From the NCBI GenBank assembly GCA_964035545.1, contig OZ037767.1, positions 31,264,628 to 31,328,627 of the forward strand: 64,000 bases of DNA, written 5' to 3'. The first letter of the stretch is position 1, and every line of letters begins with the position of its first letter. The translations under genes were made by a program, and so were the position numbers. Origin of the DNA: Bugula neritina. Its lineage: Eukaryota > Animalia > Bryozoa. The notes beneath the pieces were generated by a model, which saw only the letters and a program-made list of their open reading frames with translations, had not been told where the DNA came from and searched no databases. Below are positions 1-14,300 of the stretch, in pieces.

Positions 1-695
1 AGCTGTTATCAAGTAGAGAGCAGGGCACATATTTAATTACCTCCCCAGTAAGAGAGTAGATTGTGAGTCTTTCACTTGGCCTATCAGGAACTACAACCTG
101 ATCATCAACAATAGCAAAGGTATTCAGATCTCTATGACCATCACCATGTGACCAGCTGGTCACCTGATTCCCACTGAGGTCATACACCTCCATTCTCCTA
201 CTATTATTACTGTACACCAAAACATACAGCTGATCTTCATATGCCCTAAGACTGTTGACGGAACCATCTATTTCAACAAATGACTGAGTAACATTATAGT
301 TCTCATCTACTCTGTCTACTTCACCACCATAGACCCCTACATAAGTGTTACCCTCATGACTACACACTGACCAACAATTTCTAGAAACATCAACAGACTG
401 CAAGAGTTTGAGAGAATTAGGAAGAGTTGAAGTTGTCACTCCTTGATCCAAACTAATAGATACGTCTGCAGCAGAAACTAAATTTACTTCTATGTCTCTC
501 TTCTCTCCTGTAAAGATAAGTTATAGAGTGAAGTGAATAATGATATTGTGTGTAATAATACAGTAAAGAAGTTATGATAGAGAAACTGTAGGGCTATCTA
601 TCTACCAACTAACCTTTGACCTCTAGAGTCATGACATCACACAGTTCTAGTTCAGGTATCTCAACAGCTACAAGTCTCTGTATTCTATCCTTAAT
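1..695 (-). pseudogene. Orphan 3' module of a TRIM-NHL-like paralog (copy 0): truncated exon 6 (614-695) plus open beta-propeller exon (507 to beyond window start)
   Basis: 1-507 translates without a stop (GEKRDIEVNLVSAADVSISLDQGVTTSTLPNSLKLLQSVDVSRNCWSVCSHEGNTYVG...), paralogous to 3411-4130 and 12108-12842, with an intact AG acceptor at 508-509. Exon-6 homology stops abruptly at ~695, and no RING/B-box exons lie between it and copy 1. Confidence 0.7.
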
Positions 696-2637
696 TAGTG
701 TTATATGACCCAAGCATAGTGTTCATTACCCAAGGGAAGACTCCAACCCAGGGAAACTTTTCCAGTTGACCTAGATATAGGTAAAAGGCTTATGCCTTTG
801 CACATATAATATGAGAGCATTTACAGACTTATATTGTTAGAAGCCTTCTTCTTCATGCCAAAGAGTATAAACAACACACTGTCAGTACTAAAGTTTAGTA
901 ACATAGACCTTTGCTGAAACTAATTGCAAACATATACAACACTCATTACATTACATGAAAACTAGTTGTGACAGAGACAAAGCAGCACTACAATTGAAAG
1001 GATATACAAAATTGAAGAAACTTACTGATTTGCTATACACCAATAACCCAGTTTACTAGCACATTTCATGAGGTAGCTGTACTGGCTATCAACCAAAGAA
1101 TGTGCTGTAGGTAAATGGGTTACCTGCAATTAGCTAAAGAAATAGCATATGCAATAGCAAAACATTTGTGCTGTTAGCCACAAGCCTTATATGTTTATTA
1201 AATATATAATATATGCTAGCTAAAGAGGATGCAAGCTAGATCATACCTGCTTGTAATTGCTCTACAATCAGCACCTGTATTTAATAGGAATAACTGCTAA
1301 GTGATCTCCACAATTATTACTCTTTTCTAATTTAAATAACAGTCATCTTGATTGGTTACATTTTTCAGTATTTTATATTTATATATATTTATTTTGGTTA
1401 TTTATGTATAGTGAATTAAATGGCTACTTCGCATGAAATGAATGTAATGTCTATATTTGTACAGGAATAAACAGCTCAACTCAGTGATAGCTTTACAAAT
1501 AAGTTGCATATGAAGGCTTATCCAATCAGGTTGCGAGATCAGTCAGCCACGCCCACAATTTACTATAGTTAAGTTTGCCTTCATAAACTTTGCAAATGTG
1601 AGCAAGAAGAGAAAATGAGCACATTTTTGGTGAAACATGCAAATCAACCAAATTGGGTACCAAATTCATCTAGGAAAGAGGATGCCTCCCTTCAAGATAG
1701 GATACATGTAGCTGTATATACATAGAGGGTGCTAAATTAACAAACTTGACTATAGAACTAAAAAAGCTAATAGGAATAAATAATGTGATATAAAATTTCA
1801 TATTTTATTGACATAAATGATGTACGTATATAAAATACACAACTCAATGACATTGCAAGTTAATGGTGTAATCTTGTATACAAATATGAAGATAAACTCA
1901 ACACATAGTTATATATAAAGTATAGATAGTTCTGTAGAATATACGTTATACTGATTGATACCAAAATATACTCAGTTTATAGAAATAAAGTCACAATTAG
2001 TAGATATTAACTATAAGAATCATATTTCAAGTGTATCTTCACAAGATTTAACAGAATATAATATGAAATAGTTACACAGTATACTGTATAGTAGTGTTAT
2101 CAGTATTAAGTCAGTTCTCTTGAGATCTTACATATTGAGAGGAGAGAAGCACGCCCCATACTAATCACTAGTAGATTCACTAGTAGAGACTCAGACTAAG
2201 TAAACTCCCCATCTATAACACAGAGATACAGAGAGTAGAATATATATATAGACTTTAGAGGTAACTCAAGGAATTTGGTTATTAAATTCAGTTCTATTAA
2301 ATATCTGAAATATCATGTTTCTTGTAATTTTATTGAATCATAAATATCTAGCCTTCAGTTAATAGAAATGTTGTTTTGAGTTGAATGTCACACTCCAGTA
2401 AATAAGAGTAAGCAGTGGGACTTGACGCCTTAGCACATCTTATAACCAAACTTAATAAAAGTTCAAGTCTTACTTTAAGCAACTCATCTCTAACTCAAGT
2501 GATAAATGTAAATATATAGTCTTGCTAATATATTAATGAAAAAGCACATAATAGTTAGTGATTGTAACGTGAATAATTAGCTTTATATCTTATTCTCAGA
2601 TCATTAGTTGCAAATAGAGAAGTAGAATACCTGCAGA

Positions 2638-5600
2638 TTATTTCAGCTGGTAGAACCGAACTTTTTTCCCATTATATCTGGGTACAATCAGAGTATCTCT
2701 ATACACATGGAGATCAAATACATGGCTATTCCCTTTAACAGTTGGATCTTCTATCTTAGCCAGCTGTGTGCCTGTAACAGGATATGATGTAATGACTCTA
2801 ATGGCATTCAAAATCTGTCTAACAACAAACTAGTAGTAATGATATTTTATTTAAACTGACAAATACCCAACCATGATATGAGACTATAACACAGGAGATC
2901 TATTTATAGCACTACAGATTTAGTATTTTATTCTTTATACTTTTAGTAGGTAGTTACTGGAAAGTTAGGTAAATTCAAGATGAAAAAGAAGTTTTATATA
3001 AAAAGCAATGAGATGTGAACCTTAATAATAACCATAAATTACAACACATATACAATTATATACGTAGTAAATGCTACAAGTGTTTATACATAAGCCATGT
3101 GTGAGAGCTTCAGCTTAACTCATTGTATATAGTGGTAGCTCTTTCTTAGAGCTAAGGCTACACACATGTTAAGAGAGGAGGTTATATTCTTCTATACTTC
3201 AGTGATTGTACAAGTGCAGCGTATTTATTAACTCATTTTTATTAAAACAATGAAATATAATACTGCTGACAGCTGTCATATTAGAAGCTGAGAATAGAGT
3301 CTGTCAGTATTCATGCTGAACTCTGAACCAAATATTAATCTACAGTATCACCAACTACACAATGATTTATAGTAGAGTAGCAGAAAATACCAGAAGAAAC
3401 ACCAACTAACCTGTCTTCACATCCAGTATCCAGATAGTAGTTTTACTGCTGTGGTTAGTCACAAGAATATATTTACTTCTATAGCAGGTCACACCTTGTG
3501 GGTTAGTCACATCCTTACATGTCCAGATGACTTTCTCTGTTGTCACGTCTAACTTAAATACTTGAGGGGAATAGTAATCAGAAACTACTACACAATCTCT
3601 GTCTGCTGCACATATAGCCGTATAACTGTTACTAAGTAGAGAGCAGGGCACGTGTTTAATTACCTCCCCAGTAAGAGAGTAGATGGTGAGTCTTTTACTT
3701 TGCCTATCAGGGACTACAACCTGATCATCAACTATAACAAGTTTATTACTATACCCACTATTATTATCACTATGGGTCCAGCTGGTCACCTGATTCCCAC
3801 TAAAGTCATACACTTCTACCTTCAAATTACTGCCATCACGCACTAAACTATACAGCTGATCTTTATATGCTGTAAGACCAAACACATAACCCTTGACTGT
3901 GACAAATGACTGAGTAACATTATAGTTCTCATCTACTCTGTCTACTCTACCAGGCAGTCCTACGTAAGTGTTACCCTCATATCTACAAACTGAGTAACAA
4001 TAATCAGAAACATCAACAGACTGCAAGAGTTGGAGAGAATTAGGAAGAGTAGAAGTTGTCACTCCTTGATCCAAACTAATAGATACGTCTGCTGTAGAAA
4101 CTATATCTACTTCTATGTCTCTCTTCTCTCCTGTAAAGTATATATAAATGTAGTAAAGTAAATAATAGTATTGCACAAGATAGTAAAGCATAAACAATAA
4201 TTGCGCTTAGTGAAGGTATGAAAGTGAAAGAACTACCTTTGACCTCTAGAGTCATGACATCACACAGTTCTAGTTCAGATATCTCAACAGATACAAGTCT
4301 CTGTATTCTATCCTTAATCTCCACATATCCTTCTACTAGATCCACCTGTGTAACGTATCAGAATGATGAGATAACATGAAAATTCACTGTGAGGGAGATT
4401 GTATTTTATTGTAGCACGACACACTAGTATAACCTGCTATCATCATAAAACATATCAACTTTGAACACAGTGATGTAGGCTATAGAACTGTATCCAAACC
4501 TTTGTAGTAACATTATGTGAGAAAACAACAAGTAATACAATGCCCTGAATATGTTAAGTAACTAGTTAATAAGACGACTCTTTCAGTTTAGTGTGCTCGA
4601 CTGTACAGACAAGGGCTGTGCATTGTTTAGTAAGCATAGTTGAGTTGAGTAGTAGAATATGTGACCAGTCGCAACAAAACCGGGGATGTGGCGGCGTTTA
4701 TAAAGTGTAGTAAATGAACGTTTAATTTGGAAATACTTAAATTTGAAATTGATTTCCAATTTTTAGATTTTGAACTTTTCTATTACAAAAAAAATCCAAG
4801 GATTTCAAAAATCATAGTTTCGTAAGCATTTAATGATTCCTTCAGCTCTAAAATTGCATTTAAAGTTGGTAACTAAGGCATTCAATTTTTTAAAAGATGA
4901 AAAAATTGCGAAGTTATCAAATAAAGAAAGAAGACAATTTTAGTCATTTTCATAGCGTGAGATCTTGCAAATTTATTTTTTATCAAATAAATTTAGCGTA
5001 CACCTCTTTCTTCGTATTCTCAGAAGTATCATATTTAAAATCGAAGGCTAGTTTTAGTTTTTCATCGTGCTCCATCTAAAGTTAGATTTTAAGTTACTGA
5101 GCTGTTTTGCCCTTTGGTGATAAATGCTGAACTTAATCTTTATCTTTAGCGTTCAAGCTTGAAAATCACAACAATACAGGTAATTATACTCAAAACAATC
5201 ATTTACGCTACTAACTTAGAATTGTTGCCAGGATTATTTGTCGTTATCAATTTATTAATATTTATACTATCACTAGGACTAGGAGTTGGTCTATTGACTC
5301 TATTCTATTCTATACTACTACTAGTAACTATTTAAATGACTATCACTATGACTCACAGTTTGAGGTACGGTTACTCATAATGATAATCATAATGAATATT
5401 ATTCATGATTTACTGATACTAGTATTTGGTAGTAAAACCAAATGTAGCTCATTAATATTAATAGTATAGGTAATTAATAACTATAAAATAAATTCACTAT
5501 TACTATTACTATTAGTATTTGAGTCTGACTCTGAGTTTCGCCTTCGGTCTTAAAACTTCATACTCATATTGATAGTATAATATTTATTGATTTATTCTAT

Positions 5601-8600
5601 AGTTGATATTTCAATTTACATTGGACTCACTCTTAGTAACTTTTAGCCTCTGTCTTAGATTTTGTCAATACAGTTACTGATAACTATTACTATTAGTATT
5701 ACCATTAGGCCTACTAGTCAAACTACAGTTTCCTTTTGTGATTTTTAAATTAGCTCACAGTTTGTTTTAAAATATAATGATAAAATCTTTATCACCTTAT
5801 GCAGGCTTACAGTTACTGTCAAAACTTAATTGATAATCATATTTATATTGATAAAAGCATCACCTATAACCAAATGAAATGGTAAATGTGATTAAATGTA
5901 AATGAGTATAATGATGAAATATTAATGAAAAGTCATGATGATTCTATAGTTGACTGACTTAGTTTTTCAGTAAGTTACTTTTAGTCTTATTTAGTGAGTA
6001 GTAACGCTAACTGAATGCATAAATAGTCTAAACTTTTTAATTTTATTATAAAAGATGAGCAAACATGTATTCATATTTTAAAGCAATTTATTGAATTCAA
6101 ATTGATTTTATAGTAAATGTCTTTAATAGATTCAGTTGCACGTAGCTAGCTTTTTTACTCAATTAAATGCCTGAGTAGTTAATAGTTATCAAAAGACATT
6201 GCTTCAAAATTGCCAATTGCAGATATGCTAGATATTCAAGTGCATAATGTGTAATTTTACTGATAATACTATGTTAATATAGAATAATCCGATATCCTGT
6301 ACATTTTAGAAAGTGGACTTGTAAGGGCATTGGAGTGAAGACTTATACCTACACAACTCTACTACCTATCAATCTAATACTCCTAATGTTGACACTCTGA
6401 ATTTTGGCTTGCAAGGTTATGGCTTCTGCTTATTTCATTCACAAAAATGTTTGCAGTCTTTTAATGATGTGCTTGAAAATTTTCAAGAATTTTTTTGATT
6501 TAAATTGTTCTGTTTAATTCAATAAATTTAAATGTTGATAAAATGCAGGATCACAGTTAACTGCTGCCATAATAGTACCACAAGAGTGTTTAGCCAACTA
6601 AATTTTTATAATATAACTGGGTATAATTTCTTATCAAGCTACCGTTTCCTTCTGTTATTTAAAAAAAGTCAACATGGTACTTCCAGCTCTGGAATAGACA
6701 ATAAGTGGGTAGATTGGCAGGATGGATGTCAAGTAGCAGCATCTATAATTTCTAGAAAATCAGCTGATGATAGTGATAAAGCTTTCGCCACATACATGAT
6801 GTTATGTGTCCATACTCCGTAAACTCATATTATGAAGACCAAGGAAGTAGAAAGATGAAAAGTGCCTTTTTTGCAAAAACCGTAGAAGCTACCTAATTTT
6901 CTTTTCTCGATAAGAGTCAATTCAAGCATAATGGTTGTATCCAGGCTGGATTTTATACTGCATTTAATTAATTTTTTAAAATAATGTATTTGATGTTTTA
7001 AATGTGAATATTAATGCCTAATAAAACTCAAAATTTTTAATAGCTAATTTTATGTTTATATTTTCAACGTCTCAGCTAAATCAATTGCTAAATTTAGTTG
7101 CCGTTAGAGATTATAGATATTTAGAAATTTATATATTAGAGATATTTATGAATGAATCTTGCATGATCGCATAATAGTCGAATAATTTTCTCATAAGTGT
7201 TCTACTCATTAAGCAATAATTATGAAACAGCACAGCTCAATATCGCTGCAGTTTGATATATTACACAATATATTAGAGGAGAGGAAGATATTCAATGTGT
7301 AAGGGGAAGCAGCTGCCATTTTGTTTTATGACTTCCTGCTGACTTGGATGCCTAATTTAAATATCTCAACACACAAACTTGCTGAAACATCCTCTTCTTT
7401 GCTGGAATTGTTAAACCTTTCAACCATTAAACAAAGTAAAAAGCGAATTAACAAATAAATTAGACAAAAAGTTTGGCGGCCATATTTACCTAATTTTATG
7501 TTGAGGCAGCATGAAAGCTAGTTTAACAGAAAGCCCAAGCTTTTACAATTATTTTGATACCAAATTTGTCACTTTTCCTATTATACGAAGACCCGTTGCT
7601 AAGGCTTGTAAATTGTAAACAAATAATTCTCAACTTATTCTAGAGTTGCCAACTTTGAACGCGATTTTCTCGGAACAGTAATTTAGGAATTTTAAAAACG
7701 TTAAAGTTTTTAAATACTGATATCTCGAATTCTATTTATGCTAGAGACTTCAAATAAAGTGCAAAATGTTTGAAAAAGTCTGCTCTATCACTCCATAGTA
7801 ATAACTAGGTTTTCAACATTTTATATACATCCCTTGTTTTGTGGTGCCAGGTCACATATGCTTATAGAGTATTAAAGTGTATCTATAGAGTAGGACTAGT
7901 ATTAGTGCTACTCTCTGCTCACGTATCACAACTGCTTCCCTTTTAGTAGTTTCTAAACATCAACTGCACAACAGTTAAACCAACAAATATTCTCTCCAGA
8001 AACACTCAACTCTACACACCTGATTGTTTTGTTTGAGTTGAGCTTCTATCTTCATTCTACTTTTACTCAGTTCAGACAAAACAGTTCCAACTTCTCTCTC
8101 CATGTATGCATCCAGTGCATCTTTAGTTTTCTTTCTACTAGCTAAGAACTCCTCTTCAAGTTTTTCATACTTTAGTCTCACCTCAACCAACTAAAACATA
8201 CGAGTAAACCATTAAAACCTTTACATGGTGTGACAGGAAACAAACACATTCTAGAAAATGTGATATCAATCACACCTGTTCATCACGCTGTGTATGGAGA
8301 ATGTCTAGTAACTCTCCTGTTTCAGTATCAAAGTCAGATATAGTTTTAGAAAGTTGTTTGAATAGAGAAGATACTTTGTTTCCTGTAGTAATCAGTTCTT
8401 CTGCATTCACCAGTTCCTTGATGAGGTCATCTAACCCAGCCATGTCATGCAGTGAACCTGAAAATGTTTTATTACTAAACTACAATTAATTTCACACAAC
8501 AAAGTCATCACGAAATCCACCAATCTATATATAAAAACCTCCCTTATATCTAGGTAGAGTCACAAACTTGTAACTGATTTAAGTCAACAGAAAAGATTGT

Positions 8601-9547
8601 TACAGCCATTTTATAGTGTAGTAAATGTTTTTCTGCTAAATTATCACATATGTTGATAACCATTGTGAACAAATAGCATTAGCATTATTTAAACAATATT
8701 TGTTTAACAAATTTTACCTCCAACACAAGAATCGGCCTGAGATAAACACTGCACACAAAACAGTTGAGCACAGAGTTTACATCCCTGAGATATTTGATAA
8801 TCTGTATGTTTAGAACAAACTCTTCTTTCCAGTCTCTTAGCTTGTATTCTATATTCAGATATGGTCATCTGCTGGTGGTCATCACTCACGTCATCGTGTG
8901 ACTACAAAATATATTGCGTGTCAGAAATCACTATGTTCTGTTTCCCTTCATTCATTTTTACACAGCTAAATTCTGCAGAAAGAATAATCAACATTAAAGT
9001 ACCTCTCGATGTTTCCCACAAAAGAGTTTACTGCACACAGTACAGTATATCACAGCTGGGATATTCTTTATCCCCTTCTTAGTACAGACAGTGCACGATG
9101 TAGAGTTGTCCTCTACATCAGCAGAAGGCAGAGTCTTTATACTCACATCAAACACTTCTCTGTAACATATAAAGATACAAACTCAATTGATAAAAACAGT
9201 ACAACTATTGAGTAAAACTTTTACCAGAAAAGCTAGCTCACGAGAAATTCATATATACAGGTTGATGTGCCACAAGTTGATTATTAATTAATTAACAAGC
9301 ATTTGTAGCTTTTCGCTCTATTTAACTACAAATTTGGCAGGTAAATATATTCAAATATATCTATATCAGTATTAAAGAATAAAACTTACCTGCACCAAGG
9401 ACATCTGATCAGATCATTCACATCAACATTTCTAGTTAGACAAAGTAAACAATGTATGTGACCACAGGGTAGAGACTTCGGGTTTTCAAGACCTTCCTTT
9501 AACAAACAAAACCCACACTCTTTCTCTCTGAGTTCTGCTTTTGCCAT
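2638..9547 (-). CDS. TRIM-like RING-Bbox-Bbox-coiled coil-NHL/beta-propeller protein, copy 1 (~604 aa)
   Basis: Exons 9547-9390 (MAKAELREKECGFC...LPCGHIHCLLC...CPWC, C3HC4 RING), 9159-9003 (B-box: CTVC...YCTVCSKLFCGKH), 8901-8718 (B-box: CSKH...CKLCAQLFCVQC), 8457-8276, 8190-8020, 4345-4237 (coiled coil), 4130-3411 and 2771-2638 (NHL-like blades, e.g. VVVSDY, PQGVT). All introns GT-AG; total 1815 nt in frame. Confidence 0.88.
4657..7859. mobile_element. Decayed DNA transposon with imperfect ~33-bp TIRs in intron 5 of TRIM copy 1
   Basis: Left end ATATGTGACCAGTCGCAACAAAACCGGGGATGT; reverse complement of right end ATATGTGACCTGGCACCACAAAACAAGGGATGT. The equivalent intron in copy 2 is 113 nt versus 3674 nt here. 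Superfamily not assigned. Confidence 0.75.
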
Positions 9548-9952
9548 TCCGAATTATATCTAGTTAAAACAAATTGAAATATCAAAATTGCAAAGATATA
9601 AAAACTTCAACTCATCAAAACATAAACTTAAAGTTTTACATTTGACTTCGTAATCGTCAATTGCAGCAGCAGCAGCAGTAGTAGTAGTAGTACACTTAGA
9701 GTTAGTACTACTAGTACTAGTACTACTAGTAGACGTAGTAGCAGTACTGGTACAGGTACGAGTACTAGTCTAACAGTAACTTTATGTTGAAACTTTTAAA
9801 AATAAAAGATTAGTTGTAAACTAATAAAGTTCTTAGGTTTTCATTTTCATTTACCACAGATTAGCTTACACAAGTTATGGTGTGTCGTAAAAGCTTCAAA
9901 TTTTCTTAAATTTTGTTGAAAAAATTGATAACTAACCACTTCACTTCCAACT

Positions 9953-9992
9953 GAAACGAAACTAGTAACTTGAAGGAAACATTTACCGGAAA
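9953..9992. promoter_or_regulatory. IRF-element/ISRE-like (GAAACGAAACT) plus ETS-like (CCGGAAA) motifs upstream of TRIM copy 1
   Basis: About 400 bp upstream of the ATG; the same pair is retained upstream of copy 2. Function is inferred from motif consensus only. Confidence 0.4.
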
Positions 9993-11332
9993 CGCAATCG
10001 AACAATCGTTACGAGAGTTGTTGCCAAGAGCATACAACTCCTAGCTGCACAGCTCTAGAGAATTGAAATATCACTGGCTTTCTGGATATATAAGATCATA
10101 GGAGTGTCAGATAAGTATATTTTGTAGCTATAAACTGGTTCACAATGGTAGGTGCTGTTAAACTGGCTATCATGCTATATATTATGTTTATGAAGCTATA
10201 TATCATTATGATAACTTAGTACAGAGAGTGTGTATGCAGTGTACACTGGCACTTGTTATTGAGAGAGAAAGGTGACTGGTATGGTAACACATGGTGAAAG
10301 AAATCTCAGTTGTGAATGCATATTATATATATAATATCTGTATCATGATGCACACACAACTATACCAGCTCTTCCTCCTTCAGGATAGAACATACTATGT
10401 TGTTTATTTATAAAATATGTAATAAACAAATAAGTTAGCTGCACATCTTACTATCAAAATCAAAATAATAAATAAACAACACAATATATTATATTGCCAT
10501 TAAATATTGTGCAAGAAATACAAAACTCGATGACATTGCAAGTTAATGGTGTAATATTGTATACAAATATGAAGATAAACTCAACACATAGTTATATATA
10601 AACTTTATAAAGTATAGATAGTTCTGTAGAATATACATTATACTGATTGATACCAAAATATACTCAGTTTATAGAAATAAAATAACAATTAGTAGATAAT
10701 AACTATAAGAATCATATTTCAAGTGTATCTTCACAAGATTTAACAGAATATAATATGAAATAGTTACACAGTATACTGTATAGTAGTGTTATCAGTATTA
10801 AGTCAGTTCTCTTGAGATCTTACATATTGAGAGGAGAGAAGCACGCCCCATACTAATCACTAGTAGATTCACTAGTAGAGACTCAGGCTAAGTAAACTCC
10901 CCATCTATAACACAGAGAAATACAGAGAGTAGAATATATATAGACTTTAGAGGTAACTCAAGGAATTTGGTTATTAAATTCAGTTCTATTAAATATCTGA
11001 AATATTATGTTTCATGTAATTTTATTGCATTATAAGTATATAGCCTTCAATTAATAGAATTGATGTTTTGAAATGAATGTCATATTTCCATACAATTATA
11101 GTCAATAGTGTGATTTGAAGCATTGGCACATCTTATAACTAAACTTAATAAACGTTCAAGTCTTACTTGGGGCAACACACCTCAACCTCAAGTCACAATT
11201 GCAAATATAGAGTCTTGCTAATATATTAATGAGAAAGCACTTAGTGGTTCGTAACGTGAATAATTAGCTTTATATTTCATTCTCAGACTATTAGGAGAAT
11301 AATTGTAAATAGAGAAGTAGAATACCTGCAGA

Positions 11333-14300
11333 CTATTTCAGCTGGTAGAACCGAACTTTCTTCTCACCACATCTGGGTATAATCAGAGTGTCTCTATACA
11401 CATGGAGATCAAATGTATTACTATCCTCTCTAACAGTTGGATCTTCTATCTTAGCCAGCTGTGTGCCTGTAACAGGATATGATGTAATGACTTCTAATGG
11501 CATTAAAATCTGTCTAACAACAAACTAGTAGTAATGATATTTTATTTAAACTGACAAATACCCAACCATGATATGAGACTATAACACAGGAGCTCTATTT
11601 ATAGCACTACAGATTTAGTATTTTATACTTTATACTCTTAGTACGTAGTCAATGGAAAGTTGGGTAAATTCAGGATGAAAAAGAAGTTTTATATAAAAAG
11701 CAATGAGATGTGAACCTTAATAATAACCATAAATTACAACACATATACAATTATATACGTAGTAAACGTTACAAGAGTGTTTATACATAAGCCATGTGTG
11801 AGAGCTTCAGCTTAACTCATTGTATATAGTGGTAGCTCTTTCTTAGAGCTAAGGCTACACACATGTTAAAAGAGGAGGTTACATTCTTCTATACTCCAGT
11901 GATTGTACAAATGCAGCATATTTATCAACTCATTTTTATTAAAGCAATGAAATATAATACTGCTGACAGCTGTCATATTAGAAGCTGAGAATAGAGTATT
12001 TTAGAATTCATGCTGAACTCTGAACTAAATATTAATCTACAGTATGACTAACTACACAATGAGTTATAGTAGAGTAGCAGAAAATACCAGAAGAAACACC
12101 AACTAACCTGTCTTCACATCCAGTATCCAGATAGTAATTTTACTGCTGCGGTTAGTCACAAGAATATATTTACTACTATAGCAGGTCACACCTTGTGGGT
12201 TAGTCACATCCTTACATGTCCAGATGACTTTCTCGGTTGTCAGGTCTAACTTAAATACTTGAGAGGAATTGTAATCAGTAACTACCACACAATCTCTGTC
12301 TGCTGCACATATAGCTACCCAATTGGTACTAAGTAGAGAGCAGGGCACGTGTTTAATTACCTCCCCAGTAAGAGAGTAGATTGTGAGTCTTTTACTTAGT
12401 CTATCAGGGACTACAATCTGACCATCAACTATAACAAGTTTATCAATATACCCACTATACCCAATACTAATATCACTGTGAGACCAGCCGGTCACCTGAT
12501 TCGCATGAAAGTCATACACTTTTACCTTCCAACTATTATTTCCATCACGCACTAAACTATACAGCTGATCTCTATATGCTGTAAGACCAAACACATAACC
12601 ACTGACTGTAACAAATGACTGAGTAACATTATAGTTCTCATCTACTCTGTCTACTCCATCACCATACAGTCCTACATAAGTGTTACCCTCATAGCTACAG
12701 ACTGAGTAACAACCTCTAGAAACATCAACAGACTGCAGGAGTTTGAGAGAATTAGGAAGAGTAGAAGTTGTCACTCCTTGATCCAAACTAATAGATACGT
12801 CTGCAGTAGGAACTATGTCTACCTCTATGTCTCTCTTCTCTTCTGTAAAGATAAGTTATACAGTAAAGTGAATAATGATATTGTGTGTAATAATACAGTA
12901 TAGAAGTTATGATAAAGAAACTGTAGAACCATCTATCTACCGACTAACCTTTGACCTCTAGAGTCATGATATCACACAGTATACTTATTGAAAGTATCAC
13001 GGGCTTTCCATGTTCCGATCTCAGATCGATCTCGCTGAGATCGATCTGAGAAATGTGCTCAGATCGATCGGTTTTCCATGAGAGTGTCAGATCGATCTCT
13101 CGGAGTTGCCTCCTCTTAAGTGAAGGATACTTTAAAAGTATAATTTGTTCACCTATTTGAGTGATTAAAGCTACTGCTGTTGAAAACAAGATGGTCGTAG
13201 TCTAAAATTTAATCCCAGCTATAAACTATACGCAGCAAAGCTTTCAGTGTATGGTAATTTGGCAAATTTAAAATAATTAATTTTAATTTTTTAGCTTGAC
13301 AGCTTATATAAAATTAATGGCTGTCTTGCAGATTATTAATAAACTTACAGGACTGTTAGGCTTAAAATTACAAAGAAAATAGCTAATAAAACTAAGTTTT
13401 AATCGTCATTTAAACTCAATGTAAATTCTCCCATTTTTTTACCTTCTACTGCATATAATTGAGTTTTCCTAATCATTGTACTGAAAGTCAAAGTTTTGGC
13501 ATCTGAAAAGGTGGCTATCATAATTATTTAATACTTTGCTTAGTAATTATCAACAAGTTATCATTTTTATTAGCAGACAACATTGTAGCGCGCAGTCTTT
13601 TTCTACTTCTCAGATCGATCTGGCGTCTTTCCATAGATCCATCGCGCTGAGATCGATCTGAGATCGGTACATGCACGGGCTTTCGCTGAGATCGATCTGA
13701 TTAATGTGCTCAGATCGATCGTTTTTCCATGAGAGTGTCAGATCGATCTCTCGGAGTTGCCTCCTCTTAGGTGAAGACTACTTTATTAATATAATTTTTT
13801 TACCCACCTGAGTGATAAAAGTTACTGCTGGTGAAAAACAAAATTTTCATAGTCTAAAATTTAACGTCAGCTATAAACTCTACGCAATAAAGCTTTTAAT
13901 ATGAAGTAATTTGGCCAATTTAAGATAATTGATTTTAATATTTTAGCTTGACAGCTTATATAAAATTAATAGCTGTTGTGCAGCTTATTCATAAACTTAC
14001 GGGACTATTAGGCTTAAAATTACGCAGCAAATAACTAATGACAGTGCGTTATACTAGTCGTTTAAATTCAATTTAAATGCTCTCACTTTTTGTATCTTCT
14101 ACCGTCTATAATTTTACATAATCAAGTTTTCTTAATCATTTTACTGAAAGTCAAAATGCTGTCACTTGAAAAAGTGGCTATCTTGATTATTAAGTACTTT
14201 GCTTAGTAATTAACAATAAGTTATCATTTTTATTAGCAGACGACATTTTAGCGAGCAGTCATTTTTCTACTTCTCAGATCGATCTTTCCTCTTTCCATGG

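Noticed and set aside
700-1800. Possible repeat/MITE relic that truncated copy 0
   Set aside because: Could not define termini or a TSD, so not reported as a feature.
12944-13189. 81-aa ORF ending in CDIMTLEVKG as an alternative TRIM exon
   Set aside because: Mostly MITE terminal sequence running into the exon-6 remnant; no convincing acceptor identified.
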